A stretch of 63,319 bases of DNA, filler included, from Rhizaria sp. SCN 62-66 (taxonomy: Eukaryota), in assembly GCA_001724265.1 (NCBI GenBank). It is 2 parts of 2 records of this genome, joined end to end, with 100 filler letters (N's around TTAATTAATTAA, not from the genome) between each part and the next. Parts side by side here need not be neighbours in the genome. Positions count along the whole stretch, not along the records: positions 1 to 31,625 come from MEDY01000355.1; positions 31,726 to 63,319 come from MEDY01000356.1. One strand, given 5' to 3'. This document shows, piece after piece, positions 28,423 to 39,367 of this stretch. Each line of letters begins with the position of its first letter. Position 1 is the stretch's first letter. The position numbers and the translations under genes are program-made. The notes under the pieces were generated by a model, which ran no database searches, was not told the origin of the DNA, and saw only the letters and a list, made by a program, of their open reading frames with translations.

Positions 28423-29246
28423 ATGCTGCGTCGCACTCTGGCTCGCACTGCTGGTCTCCAGCGCGCCGTTTCCGCGCGTGTCATGGCTGCTGCCCCCGCT
28501 CGTGGCATGTTCTCCCAGAGCGCCCCCCGCTTCAGCGATGCTGCTGCTGTACGTCCCTCCCTACTCCCCCCTGCCTCTCTGCCTGTCATTTGCTTCCTCT
28601 TCTCTGCTCTCTTGCTTTCTTTCTCTTTCTTGTTTGCCTCTAGCCGCGCGCGCCATTTATTGCTGCGTTGCTGCCTCGATGTATGCATATCATTGCACAA
28701 CGGCTCACCTTTCACCTGCCTTCTCTTCCGATGCCATATTTTTGCTTCTTCCTCGCGCTTTCTCGTGATCTTACTTGTTGCGTCATGCTTTGCACTCGCT
28801 CACTCCTCCAACGAACCCATACACAGGCTCCCGAGGCGTCCCCTGAGGTCAAGGCCATCGTCGACAGCATCATGAAGCTCAACGTCATGCAATCGATCGA
28901 GCTCGTCAAGTCGCTCAAGACCACCTTCGGCTACTCCGATGCCGCCTTCATGGCCGCCCCCTCCGCTGCTGCCCCCGCTGCTGCCGCCGCTGCCGCGCCC
29001 GCTGCTGAGGCCGCGAAGCCCGCCGCCGCCAAGACTACGTTCAACCTGAAGCTCGAGTCGTTCGACGCCAAAGACAAGGTCAAGGTGATCAAGGAGGTCC
29101 GCGTCATCACCGGCAAGGGCCTCAAGGAGGCCAAGGAGCTCGTCGAGTCTGCGCCCCAGATCCTCAAGGACAACATCAAGAAGGAGGAGGCCGAGAAGCT
29201 CATGCAGGTCCTCAAGGACGCCGGCGCCGTGTGCGTGCTCGAGTAA
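28423..29246 (+). CDS. MRPL12: Mitochondrial ribosomal protein L7/L12 (bL12m), ~181 aa; exons 28423-28548, 28827-29246
   Basis: Arg/Ala/Ser-rich presequence (MLRRTLARTAGLQR...). Intron 28549-28826 GTACGT...ACAG, phase 0. L12 C-terminal domain 'KVKVIKEVRVITGKGLKEAKELVESAP', Ala/Pro hinge; TAA stop. Confidence 0.93.
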
Positions 29247-29734
29247 GCGCCCTGCCCCCAGTCGCCGTCGCCCTCGTCGTCGTCGCAACCAGACACGCCG
29301 AAGCAAAGCAGCCAGCAAGACAAAGCACACCACAACACAACAATATATCGATCCCTGCATCAGTTTATTAAAAAAAAGTGCAGAAAACCGTAGTTAGCAG
29401 TATGTCTTTCAATACATATTTATTTCAAGGACCCACATCATCTTCTTCATCAAGTTCGTCTGGCTCGTGTAAGAGTTGAATTACTCTCGCGTCATGTTGT
29501 GTGTGATGGTATTGTTGTATTTCTGAACGGCCTGCTCTTGGCAGCGCATAAATATCAAAAAAAACACTGCTAACGCCCCGCACGTGACCGTCATGGAATT
29601 GTTATCTTCCCAGCTCATTCTAGTCGCGAGTTGTTCCTGTGCAAGATTGCTCGCACATCGACAAAGAAACGTGTCAGCCGTAACCACGTGTCGTGTGCGC
29701 ATGAGAAATTCAGGCACAGCGAGATTCCAATGCC

Positions 29735-30097
29735 TCAAGCAAAGAACTGTTCGGTGATGGAGCTGGCGTTGTGGGCAAGGCTGAGCAACGACGAGGCGGT
29801 CCGAACAACGTGCAGGCGCACCTGAAGACCGTTGCCGTCAATACTGAAGAGAGTGAGCGCGCCGCGCAAAGCGACGGCGGCCTCAGTCGGCGCACTGATG
29901 ACACCTGACTGCGAGTCGTCGTCGAAGGACAGGATGTCGGGGTCGACCTGCGTCGCGCCTAACGCACCATACATCTGGCGCATCGCCATAATCAGCGCCA
30001 GGCGGAACTCAGCGTAGTCGTACTTGCGCGAGCAACCAACCTTGACCTGAAGGAACGTCGTAGGAAGCGGCACCGTCTTCCGCACAACTGAACTCAT
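29735..30097 (-). CDS. RNase P/MRP subunit, Rpp14/Pop5/Pop8 family, 120 aa
   Basis: 'AMRQMYGALGATQVDPDILSF...LRGALTL...LHVVRTASSLLSLA' matches the Rpp14-type pattern (LFG..GA...DIL....LWSSLTL...RV..VS..LL.L) as recalled. ATG at 30097, TGA stop. Confidence 0.7.
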   Translation of the reverse strand: MSSVVRKTVPLPTTFLQVKVGCSRKYDYAEFRLALIMAMRQMYGALGATQVDPDILSFDDDSQSGVISAPTEAAVALRGALTLFSIDGNGLQVRLHVVRTASSLLSLAHNASSITEQFFA

Positions 30098-30829
30098 TCT
30101 CTCTCCACTCACACAGCCGGAGTCGAAATGGGCTGGACGTCCAAGGGGAAGAAGATGGGCGAGAGAGACACAACAAATAAAACAAAAAGGTGAACGTGCA
30201 TTATTGATGTGGGACAACGTGAATATAAAGCTATTAACGATTCAATGGCTCCAGCTCTACAGTTCCATTTGCTCAGTTCGGGACCAACAGTCTGTCATCG
30301 ACGACAGTCATCGAACAGGCTAAAAAACAGTAAGAAGCTATGTTTCAAGCAAGTATAATAGTTTTAAAAATATTTTAAGCTATATAAAATGGTAAACATT
30401 TTATTTGGTTGATTTAAATTAATATTAATACATTTCTGTACATAAATAACAAATAATACCAAAATAAAATTTATCAATAAATTTTAATTATTAATAAAAA
30501 ATATATTTAGTGTTTTTGTGCATTTTTACCCTTTGTTTTATTGATACTTCACGTCTCAATGAATTGAGAAGTCTGGACAAAAGAATACCAATTGTTAACA
30601 ACTATAAAAAACAACTTATAAAAACAATTTAATAATTATTTAAATAGTTTTATAGACTTGCAAAAACACTTATTTTAAATAAAACATAATATTGCATTAG
30701 ACCTCTATTTTAAAATACGTTTCTTTTTGTAATATGTATAATTTCTTTTTTAATTTTTATCCTTTTCTAATACTTCTATTTAGTACGCAAACTTGATAAT
30801 GGGATCTTCGAGACTCGCTGCGATTTGAT

Positions 30830-31625
30830 GAACAGCGTTCTACAGGCGTTGGCCTCCCGCTGTTGCTATAAGGGCCACTGCAACTGCAACTGCGACTCAT
30901 GCCGTCATAGACCCGGACACTCTCTCCAGCGCCACTCCGCACGCTGTCCCCGCCACCGGTGCTACTGGCCCTAGCTGCGGCAGCGCCACTGACGCCGCCG
31001 CTGAGAAGGCCCGCGGCCGCCGCGGCCGTTTCAACCGCGACCGTAACCGCAAGCGCACTCTTGACTGTGACCGTGACCGAGGGAGTGACGGTGGCAACTC
31101 GGACCCGCGCCAGCCGGACCAGCGACGATGACAACAGCGTCAGCGACGGCTTCGGCAGCTGGAGCTGGGGCAGCCTTCCTTGGGTCAACCGCGGCAACGC
31201 CGCCAACGCCAACGCTGTCGGTGCTGCCGGTGGGATTGGGGCTGAAAGCTCTGCCGCAGGAGACGGCTCCTCTGCGTCTTCGCTGTCCCTCCCGGCCGGC
31301 GTCCGCGCGCTGCCCCAGTCCTACCGCCTACCCTGGCACGCCTGCACTGACGTCCCTCCTGCTCTGCATCTGCCTCGCCCGCGTCCTCCGCCTCCGGCAG
31401 CACCTGCTCTCCCCCGCGCTGCGCACCCTGCTCGCGCTGCCAGCGCCGGTATACCGCTGCCTCGTCTCGGCGCTCGCCGCCACGGGGCTCCTCGCGCTGC
31501 CGCCCTCGCAGTTTGCGCTCGAGGCCGCGGTCGCGGGCGGGTACGCGTTCCTGCAGTCGCTTCACGACGGCGGAGGCGGCGGCGGCCTAACCTCCAGCGG
31601 CAGGCGGTACGCCGGGAACAACAAC
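30830..31625 (+). other. GC-rich coding-like fragment running into the assembly gap; frame ambiguous (possible frameshifted or partial gene)
   Basis: Exon-like composition follows an AT-rich block, but the most protein-like reading seems to move between frames 1, 2 and 3. No family recognised; truncated by Ns. Confidence 0.3.
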
Positions 31626-31725
31626 NNNNNNNNNNNNNNNNNNNNNNNNNNNNNNNNNNNNNNNNNNNNTTAATTAATTAANNNNNNNNNNNNNNNNNNN
31701 NNNNNNNNNNNNNNNNNNNNNNNNN
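31626..31725. other. Artificial scaffold spacer: 44 N + TTAATTAATTAA (31670-31681) + 44 N
   Basis: Exactly 100 nt and symmetric. The self-complementary 12-mer places TAA in all six frames, as in standard contig-joining linkers. Confidence 0.95.
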
Positions 31726-31824
31726 ACCGCGGACTCTCTCTTTTTGCATTTTTTTTGCCTTTGGTCGCGCTGTGTCACTCGCCCTGTCTGCGCTCCCGCC
31801 GCGAGCGGCATTTGCTTTTTGCCC
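31726..31824 (+). repeat. 99-bp repeat at the left end of the right contig; exact inverted copy of 63221-63319
   Basis: ACCGCGGACTCTCTC...GCTTTTTGCCC is the base-for-base reverse complement of the last 99 nt of the window. Identity stops after GCCC. Confidence 0.95.
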
Positions 31825-32168
31825 ATGTTTAGCTTCGTACCCCTGACTCAAGCTGGAGGGTGACATTGCATTTTGACAGATTACACCATAGTAGTATAGG
31901 GTAGAAGCGGACTGTGACTCACTTGGGTAAAATCTTCTACTCCATGACCGTCAACAGCGACCGTCAATCTAACAGTACGACATGTTGTTTCGAACTTGGA
32001 TTGTATTGATGTGAATACATGATTGAAAAACAAGAGAATAAAAGAATTATACGTCAACAAATACACTAAAGCAACATTATTAACATCGAATATTAATATT
32101 AGTATCTAATCTAAACCATCATACTTTTACTGTCAAGTCAATGGTCTTATTGAGCCCACTCCAACATC

Positions 32169-32192
32169 GCTGCTGCTGCTGCTGCTGCTGCT
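32169..32192. repeat. (GCT)8 microsatellite in the presumed 3' UTR of bystin
   Basis: Read directly from the sequence, just downstream of the bystin stop codon. Confidence 0.85.
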
Positions 32193-32209
32193 GGCTGCTG
32201 GTGTTGCGC

Positions 32210-33763
32210 TTAGTCAGCCATGAGGGAGTCCATGAAGAACTCGCCCCCGGTCTCGGCGGCATCGGCGCCGCGGCGCATCTCGGCGTCGATGGCAGCGTCC
32301 TCGCTGGCGCGGTAGACGGACGCGTTACCCGTGGTGCCCGTGGCGCGCGCAGAGAGCTCGCGGCGGATCTCCTCGGTCATGATGTGGTGGTGCTTGCGGC
32401 GCACGAGCGTGCGGATCATGGCCTTCTGGTCGTCGGACAGCGAGTCCTTGTAGCGCTGCACGAAGGACAGGATGTTCTGGTACCAGAGAATGGGGTACTC
32501 GAGCCCGTCCTGGATAAACGAGTAGAAGTACTCGACGATAGCGGCCAGCGTCGGCAGCGGCAGCGCGTAGCGCTTGCGCACGAGCGTCTTGAGGAAGAGC
32601 CCGGCCGAGCCGGAGAAGGGCTTGATGGTCGTCAGCTTCATGATGGCGACGGCCGAGTGCATCGTCGGGATCGGGATGCGGCGCAGCACCGACGAGAAGA
32701 CCAGCGCGACCTTGAGCGGGCACCCGCGCTGCGCTAGCGGCAGGATGATGCCCTTGAAGAAGGCGGCGGGCTTGTAGACAGAGTGACGGAGCGCCTCGTA
32801 CAGGTGCGGGTTCAGCTTGGCCTCGGTCTCGAGCGCGTTCTCGATGCGCGGGAGCAGCACAAGCGAGTAGAAGCGCTGCGCGAGCTTAGGGTTGAGCGCA
32901 GTGGCAAAGAGCTTCGTGGCGGCGGCGACCGAGTGGTAGGACCACGCCTGCGGGTTGGTGTAGTAGAGAATCTCTTCCCAGTTCTTGAGCGTGGGGATGA
33001 TCTTGAAGATTTTTGGGATCTTGCCGGAGCGGTACTTGGCCAGGTAGCCGCCGACGCGCTGGTACGCGGCGACGACGTTGGGCGGCGCCGAGGCGCGGCC
33101 CTCGACCGAGTTCTCCTCGGCAGTGGGCACAATGCCCAGCTCCAGCGCGCGGTTGCGGGCCTCGATCTTCTCCAGGATCACGTCCGCGAGCGTCTGGCGC
33201 TTGTCGCTGCGCGCCGGCATGATGGCCTCGAGCGCGGCGCGGTCGGCGTCGGTCATACCGCCCAGCGCGTCGACGTCGTCGTCGTCGGCGAGCTCCTCCT
33301 CGTCGCCCGATTGCTGCTCGTCCTCGCCGTCCTCGTCGTCGTCGTCGAACAGCAGGTCGTCGTCAGAGTTGTCGCCGCCGGCCGCGGAGCCGCCCAGCAG
33401 CGCGCGCGCGGTGACGTCACTCCCCGCACCACCGGCGCCGGCGGCGGAGCGGCCGCCCTTGCCGTTGCGCGAGAGCGCGGCGTTGATGCGGTCTAGGTCG
33501 GCCGAGTCGGAGCCCTCCTCCTTGCGCTGCTCAGCCGCGACCTTCATTAGACGCTTAGCGTCGCGGCCGCTCATGAACTCGGACGGGTTGTCGACGTTGT
33601 AGCTCTCGTCGTCAATGTCGGCCGTGTTGCTCTTGAAGCGGCCCGCCTTGGCGTGCGGCTGCGCGCGCACATGGCTCGTCGTGGTGGGCGTGTACTCGGA
33701 GAGAAGCGCGTCGTGGCGCTTCGACGCCTTGTTGTTGCGCGCAGCGGAAGGAGCCTTAGACAT
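32210..33763 (-). CDS. BYSL: Bystin/Enp1, 40S ribosome biogenesis factor, 517 aa, intronless
   Basis: 'TLADVILEKI', 'YRSGKIPKIFKIIP.LKNWEEILYYTNPQAWS', 'AQRFYSLVLLPRI', 'LNPHLYEAL..SVYKPAAFFKGIILPL', 'HSAVAIMKL', 'EEIRREL'; TAA stop. Confidence 0.95.
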   Translation of the reverse strand: MSKAPSAARNNKASKRHDALLSEYTPTTTSHVRAQPHAKAGRFKSNTADIDDESYNVDNPSEFMSGRDAKRLMKVAAEQRKEEGSDSADLDRINAALSRNGKGGRSAAGAGGAGSDVTARALLGGSAAGGDNSDDDLLFDDDDEDGEDEQQSGDEEELADDDDVDALGGMTDADRAALEAIMPARSDKRQTLADVILEKIEARNRALELGIVPTAEENSVEGRASAPPNVVAAYQRVGGYLAKYRSGKIPKIFKIIPTLKNWEEILYYTNPQAWSYHSVAAATKLFATALNPKLAQRFYSLVLLPRIENALETEAKLNPHLYEALRHSVYKPAAFFKGIILPLAQRGCPLKVALVFSSVLRRIPIPTMHSAVAIMKLTTIKPFSGSAGLFLKTLVRKRYALPLPTLAAIVEYFYSFIQDGLEYPILWYQNILSFVQRYKDSLSDDQKAMIRTLVRRKHHHIMTEEIRRELSARATGTTGNASVYRASEDAAIDAEMRRGADAAETGGEFFMDSLMAD

Positions 33764-34524
33764 CCTGGGCTGTTGGCACGCGTGTGTGTGTAAAAAGAAG
33801 CGACAGCAAAATCAACAGCACTTGCTACGGCTGCGGAAGGGGAGGCTGCGGAAGGCTGTGTTGTGGGGGCAAGAAAGGGCATCGAGTGAGACAGGTTTAA
33901 CATTATTTGGTCCTTTTGTAGGCATTCCAATTTTAAAACAGTTACTTATTCTTTACAAAAAACCTCAACACCGCGATTATACTTCACTTGACAGTCAATT
34001 TCCCGTGATATACAAGGAAAACCGCGGCGGACACAGCCCGGTCCTCTCCCCGCAGCCAAGAGTTTTTTTTCGGTCCGTTTTGGTCTGTTGACGAGCGAGA
34101 GAGACGACGATGGACAAGTCTAGCCGCGATTTTGCTGACATGCCAAGCTGGGAAAGACTGCAGAGAGCGGAGGAGACATCTTTATGAACTGTAATTGAAT
34201 GGAAGGTTAGAACGAAAACGGATTTATTGGGTTTTGCTTGTTACTCAGCGATCAATGATGCAGGAGCGGTGATATCTTGTTGATCAGTCGCGACGAGATC
34301 TGATCATGAAGCAGAGACTCGGCGACTCTATCCTTCACCCCTGCGCGATCCTGTCTTACTCTTTCTTGCTTTGTCCCATTTGTCCTTTTTTTCCGCTTGA
34401 GCATAGACCGACACTAGCAACTCCTGCGTTGCGTAGCTGTCACTTCTCTCTTCTTCTGCCTCCTTTTCTGTCGTCCTAACGCTCGAGCTTCTGCGCTTAC
34501 GCGATAACGAAGACAAAGACAAAG

Positions 34525-37500
34525 ATGAAGAACCCGCTCATCGTCAAGTTCGAGTGGCACGGCAAGGAGCGCATCAAGGGCCTCTCGTTCCACCCGCGCC
34601 GGCCGTGGCTGCTCGTCGGCGACCGCGCCGGCGTGGTAGAGCTGTGGGACTACCGCATGCAGGTGCTGATTCACCGCTATGAGAATGCCCACACGGGCCC
34701 CGTGCGTTGCGTCCAGTTCCACGCCACGCAGCCGCTCTTTGTCACGTGCGGCGACGACCACCTCATTAAGGTCTGGAACTACCAGCAGAACAAGTGCCTC
34801 TTCACCCTCGCGGGCCACTCTGACTACGTCCGCTCCGTGGCCTTCCACCACGAGTATCCCTGGATCGTCTCCGCCTCCGACGACAACCTCATCAAGATCT
34901 GGAACTGGCAGTCGCGCACCTGCATCTCCACGCTTCCCGGACACACCAGCTACGTTATGTCTGTGCGTTTCCACCCCACGCTTGACCTGATCGGCTCCGC
35001 CTCCCTCGATGGCTCCGCCCGGTACGTCTCTCTTACATTGTCTAATATACAATCTCATATCGCGCTGCAATATGTGCATCTATAGCATGTTCTTTTTATT
35101 ATGATACGAAAAGTTAAGTAAATAATTAATCTAACGATATTTGAATTCTTCATCTCACATTTATATAAACCTATACGTCGTCAATGTTTTTAGTCTGTGG
35201 AACATCGCCCCTCTGGCGCGCGAGCTGCTGGGCCGCTCCGCCGCCCCGGCCCCCGTGGGCGCCCCCGCCGCGTACGGTGGCGTGGCCGACTTCACTGCCC
35301 CCGGCGGCGACCGCCCGCTGCTGCAGCCGGTGCAGTGCTTCACGACGAGCCGTCTCAACACGATCGCGTTCCACCCCACCGAGCCCCTGTTCGTGACGGC
35401 GGCGGACGACCGCGACGTGCGCGTGTGGCAGTTCACGGGCGACCACGTGCGCCCCGTGGAGACGCTCATCGGCCACGGCAAGCATGCCACGGCGGCCATC
35501 TTCCACCCCCGCCGCCACCTCGTGCTGTCCTGCGCGGAGGACAAGACGCTGCGCGTGTGGGACCTCAAGCACGAGGCGCAGCCCGTCGTGGTGGACCGCG
35601 AGCAGGCAGAGTACTGGGTGCTTGACGCGCACCCCACGCAGGAGCTCTTCGCCGCCGGCCACGAGACGGGCTTCTACATTTTCAAGCTCAACCGCGAGCG
35701 GCCCGCCTTTTGCTCCGACGCGACCTACACGCCCGCGACAGCGACAATTCCCGCCAGCAGCGAGGTCACGACGCACTTTTACCGCGACGGCACTGTCTTC
35801 TCGCTCTCGTCCAAGCCTGGCGCGGAGCCGCGGCTCGCGATGCCGCTGCACCCGCCGCGCAAGGTCACGCCCGCCAACGCCCCCCGCGCGCTGCTGTACA
35901 ACAGCTGGAACCGCAACCTGCAGTGCTTCCTCACCGTGAGCCCCGACAACTCGTACGAGCTCTTCACACGCGACCGCGCTGCGGGCGCCGGCGACGCGCC
36001 CTCGTCCATCCTCAAGGGCTACGCCAAGAGCGCCGCCTTTGTGTCGTCCACTCGCTTCGTCACGCTGGAGAAAAACCGCACAGTGCTGCTGAAGTCGCTC
36101 AAGAACGAGGTCAAGCGCCGCATCGTCGTCCCAGGCGCGCAGCAGATCTTCCCCGCGGGCGTGGGCCGCGTCCTCGTCCGCTGCAGCGAGTCGATCCTGC
36201 TGCTGGCCGTGCACGCGCTGCGGCCCATCGCCGAGCTGCCGCTGGCGTCGCGCCACCCCGTGGAGCACGCCGTGTGGTCGCCCGACATGCGCCACGTCGC
36301 GCTGTGGTCACGCACGCACGTGTACATTGCGACCTCGAAGCTGGAGCTCGTGGCCACGGCCAGCGAGGGCATGCCCGTCAAGTCGGCGGCCTGGGACCCC
36401 GCGGGTGTGCTCGTCTATGCCACCGAGTCGCAGCTCAAGTACCTGCTCCCGTCGGGCGACTGCGGCGTCCTGCGCGCGCTCGAGCAGCCCGTTTACTTGA
36501 CGCACGCCAACAACGCCGAGGCGGGCTTCCTGGACCGCCTGCACTGCCCCGGCCGGCTTCGCGTCAACTCGATCGAGTACCAGTTCAAGCTGGCGCTGCT
36601 GCGGCACCGCTCGCGCGACGTCGCGCGCATCATGCAGTCGAAGCAGCTCATCGGCCAGTCGATCGTGGCCTACGTGCAGCGCAAGGGCTACCCCGAGATC
36701 GCGATGCACTTCGTCCACGACGTGCGCTTGCGGTTCGCGCTCGCGCTCGAGTGCGGCAACATTGAGGTCGCTAAGGACGCCGCCGGCGAGATCAACGAGA
36801 CCCCTTGCTGGCAGCAGCTTGGCGCTGAGGCCCTGCGCCACGGTGCCTACGACGTCGCCGAGGGCGCCTTTTTCCGCGCGCGCGACTTCCAGCGGCTGAC
36901 CTTCCTGTACCTGATCCTCGGCGACAGTTCCAAGCTGCAGCAGCTGCGCGGCATCGCCATGTCGCGCGGCAACGTCATGGGCGCGTTCCACGCCTCGCTG
37001 CTGCTGGGCGACGTGCCCGCGCGCGTGGCGATCCTGCGCGCCGCCGACCAGCACGCGCTGGCCTATGCCGCGGCTGTCGCGCACGGGCTTTCGCGCGAGG
37101 CCGAGGACATCGCCGTGCACCTGCAGCAGGAGATCACGCGCCACCACGCTGAGGCGCAGCAGGCCGCCGAGGAGGGCGTGCGCTTCTCGGCACTCGCGCC
37201 CGCGCCTGCGCCCGACCTCTCGCTGCCGACCTCGCGCCTGCTGTCGATGGCTGAGCTCGCCGCGGCCGTGCACGCCGACGACGCCTACGCCGCCGCGCTC
37301 GCGCCCGCGGCCGCCAAGACCGCGGCCGAGCGCGGCGTCTTCTTCGCTGCCAACGACGCCGCCGCCGCCGCCGCCGCCGCGAGCGTCAGTAGCGAAAACA
37401 GCGAGACGCTCGTGGTGCAACCCGCGCTGCCGCCCGTTGCGCCTTCGGCCGCCGCCGCCGCGGGCCTCAACGGCTACCTGCTGCTGCCGCCGCCACCGGC

Positions 37501-38890
37501 GTGGCCGTTGGCGGGGCCGTGGCCGAAGCTGGCCGTGCGCCGCGGGTTCGACTTCTCGCGCGAGGGCACCGAGGCCGACGCCGCCGAGGCCGCCGCGCTC
37601 GAGGCCGAGGAGCAAGAGCGCCTCGCCGCAGAGCAGGCCGCGCGCGCCGACGAGGAGAACGACATGGGCTGGGACAGCTCTAGCTCTTCTGGCTCCTCCT
37701 CCGCCGCCGCGGGCGCCACGGGCGGCCGCGCTGGCGCCGCCGGCGGCGCTGCGTCTGCGGCGTCCCCCGCGGCCGCAGCGGGCGGCGGCGACTGGGACCT
37801 GGGCATCGACCTGGGCGACGAGCTCGAGGGCGTGGACGCGGAGCCCGCCGGCGCGGTTACGGCTGTCGCCAGCGCTGGCGCCAGCGGGTACGGGTTTGTC
37901 ATGCCCGAGGCCGGGCGCTCGCCCATCGCCAACTGGGCCTCGCTGCCGCTGGCGGGCGCGCTGGTGAGCGCGGGCGCGTTCGACCAGGCGATGCACGTGC
38001 TCAACCAGCAGTACGGCATCACGCACTTCGCGCCGTTCAAGAAGATCTTCGTGCAGAACTCATTACTGGCGTCCGCGCAGACGACGCTGCTGCCGTGGCT
38101 GCCCGCGCAGCCCGCGCCGCTGACGAGCAAGTTCGAGCTCACCGCCTCTGCGCACGGGCACCCGCCCACGGTCGCCTCGGTGCCCGTGGCGCGCTACACG
38201 CTGGCCGCGGCGCAGGAGCTCCGCCGGGAGATCATTGCCGCGATGACCGCGGGCAACTTCCCCGCCGCGCTGCAGCTGGTGCAGCTGGTGGCGCTTAACA
38301 CGCCGCTCATGGTGCTCAACAGCGAAGAGGAGCAGACGGCCGCGCTGGCCGTGCTGGCCTCGGCGCGCGAGTACGGGCTGGCGCTCAAGCTCGACGCCGC
38401 GCGCAACGCCGCGGCCGAGGCGCCGCGCAAGGCGGAGCTGGCGGCGTACAGCACGCACTGCGCGGTGGAGCCCATGCTGATGGTGCTGCTGCTGTGGATC
38501 GCATGCAAGTTCATGTTCCAGATCAAGAACTACCGCTGCGTGGGCGTCTTCTGCCGCCGCATCCTCGACATCGCGGGCACGACCGATGTGAGCTCGCTGC
38601 AGGGCAAGGTTGACTTCGAGATGGTGCGCAAGATGCTCAAGAAGTGCGAGCAGGAGGGCGTGGACCACACGCCAATTCGCTACGACCCCACGGTGCTGTT
38701 CGCCGTCTGCGCCACCGGCTTCGTCCCGCTGCCGGGCACCAAGGCCGCCGAGGGCCGCGAGGTCGTCGTCTGCGGGCTCTGCGGCGCCAAACACGCCATG
38801 GAGCACCAGGGCAAGATCTGCACTGTGTGCAACGTCGCCAAGCTCGGCGCGCCAGCTTCGGGCCCCAGGCTCTTTGTCGCATCCAAGTAA
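34525..38890 (+). CDS. COPA: Coatomer subunit alpha (alpha-COP)-like, divergent, ~1397 aa; exons 34525-35021, 35194-38890
   Basis: N-terminal '[18 protein letters not shown]', '[25 protein letters not shown]', '[22 protein letters not shown]', '[14 protein letters not shown]', C-terminal 'ELAAYSTHC' and CxxC...CxVC zinc-finger-like tail. Intron 35022-35193 GTACGT...TTTAG, phase 2; TAA stop. Confidence 0.88.
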
Positions 38891-39367
38891 GCGACACGAA
38901 GATTCACGAATATTTGTTATGATTTGAAGTCTGGATGAGGGGTTAGTGAAGAGTTTTCAGTTCATTTGTTTATTATCAAAGTATATGTAAGTATAAACAA
39001 GTTTGATTTTTTGTTCTGCGCCCACTCGCCTTTGTTTGCCGCTATGAAATACCACTTAAATTGATTTTCGCGTCGCCAGCTCAGCTCGTGCTCAGTTGCT
39101 TCGAAGTTCCGATTCTGCGAGTGAGTTTGAAGGTTGTTTATCTCAAAGTTTGGCTGTAATGAGCGTCTATTTCCCGCAAAAATAGTACACAATAGTGTTT
39201 TTGTATCTATTTCTTTTTTGTTTTCCCTCTGAGACGACGTCTATGGCTTCGATTCCTGAGCCGATTCCGCCCTTCCCGTCGGCTCTGCCACCAGTCAATT
39301 CCCCGATCTTCTCAGCTCATATTTATTTCATTTTCCCCGCTTGCTCCTCGCTTAGAAACTTGTTCTG

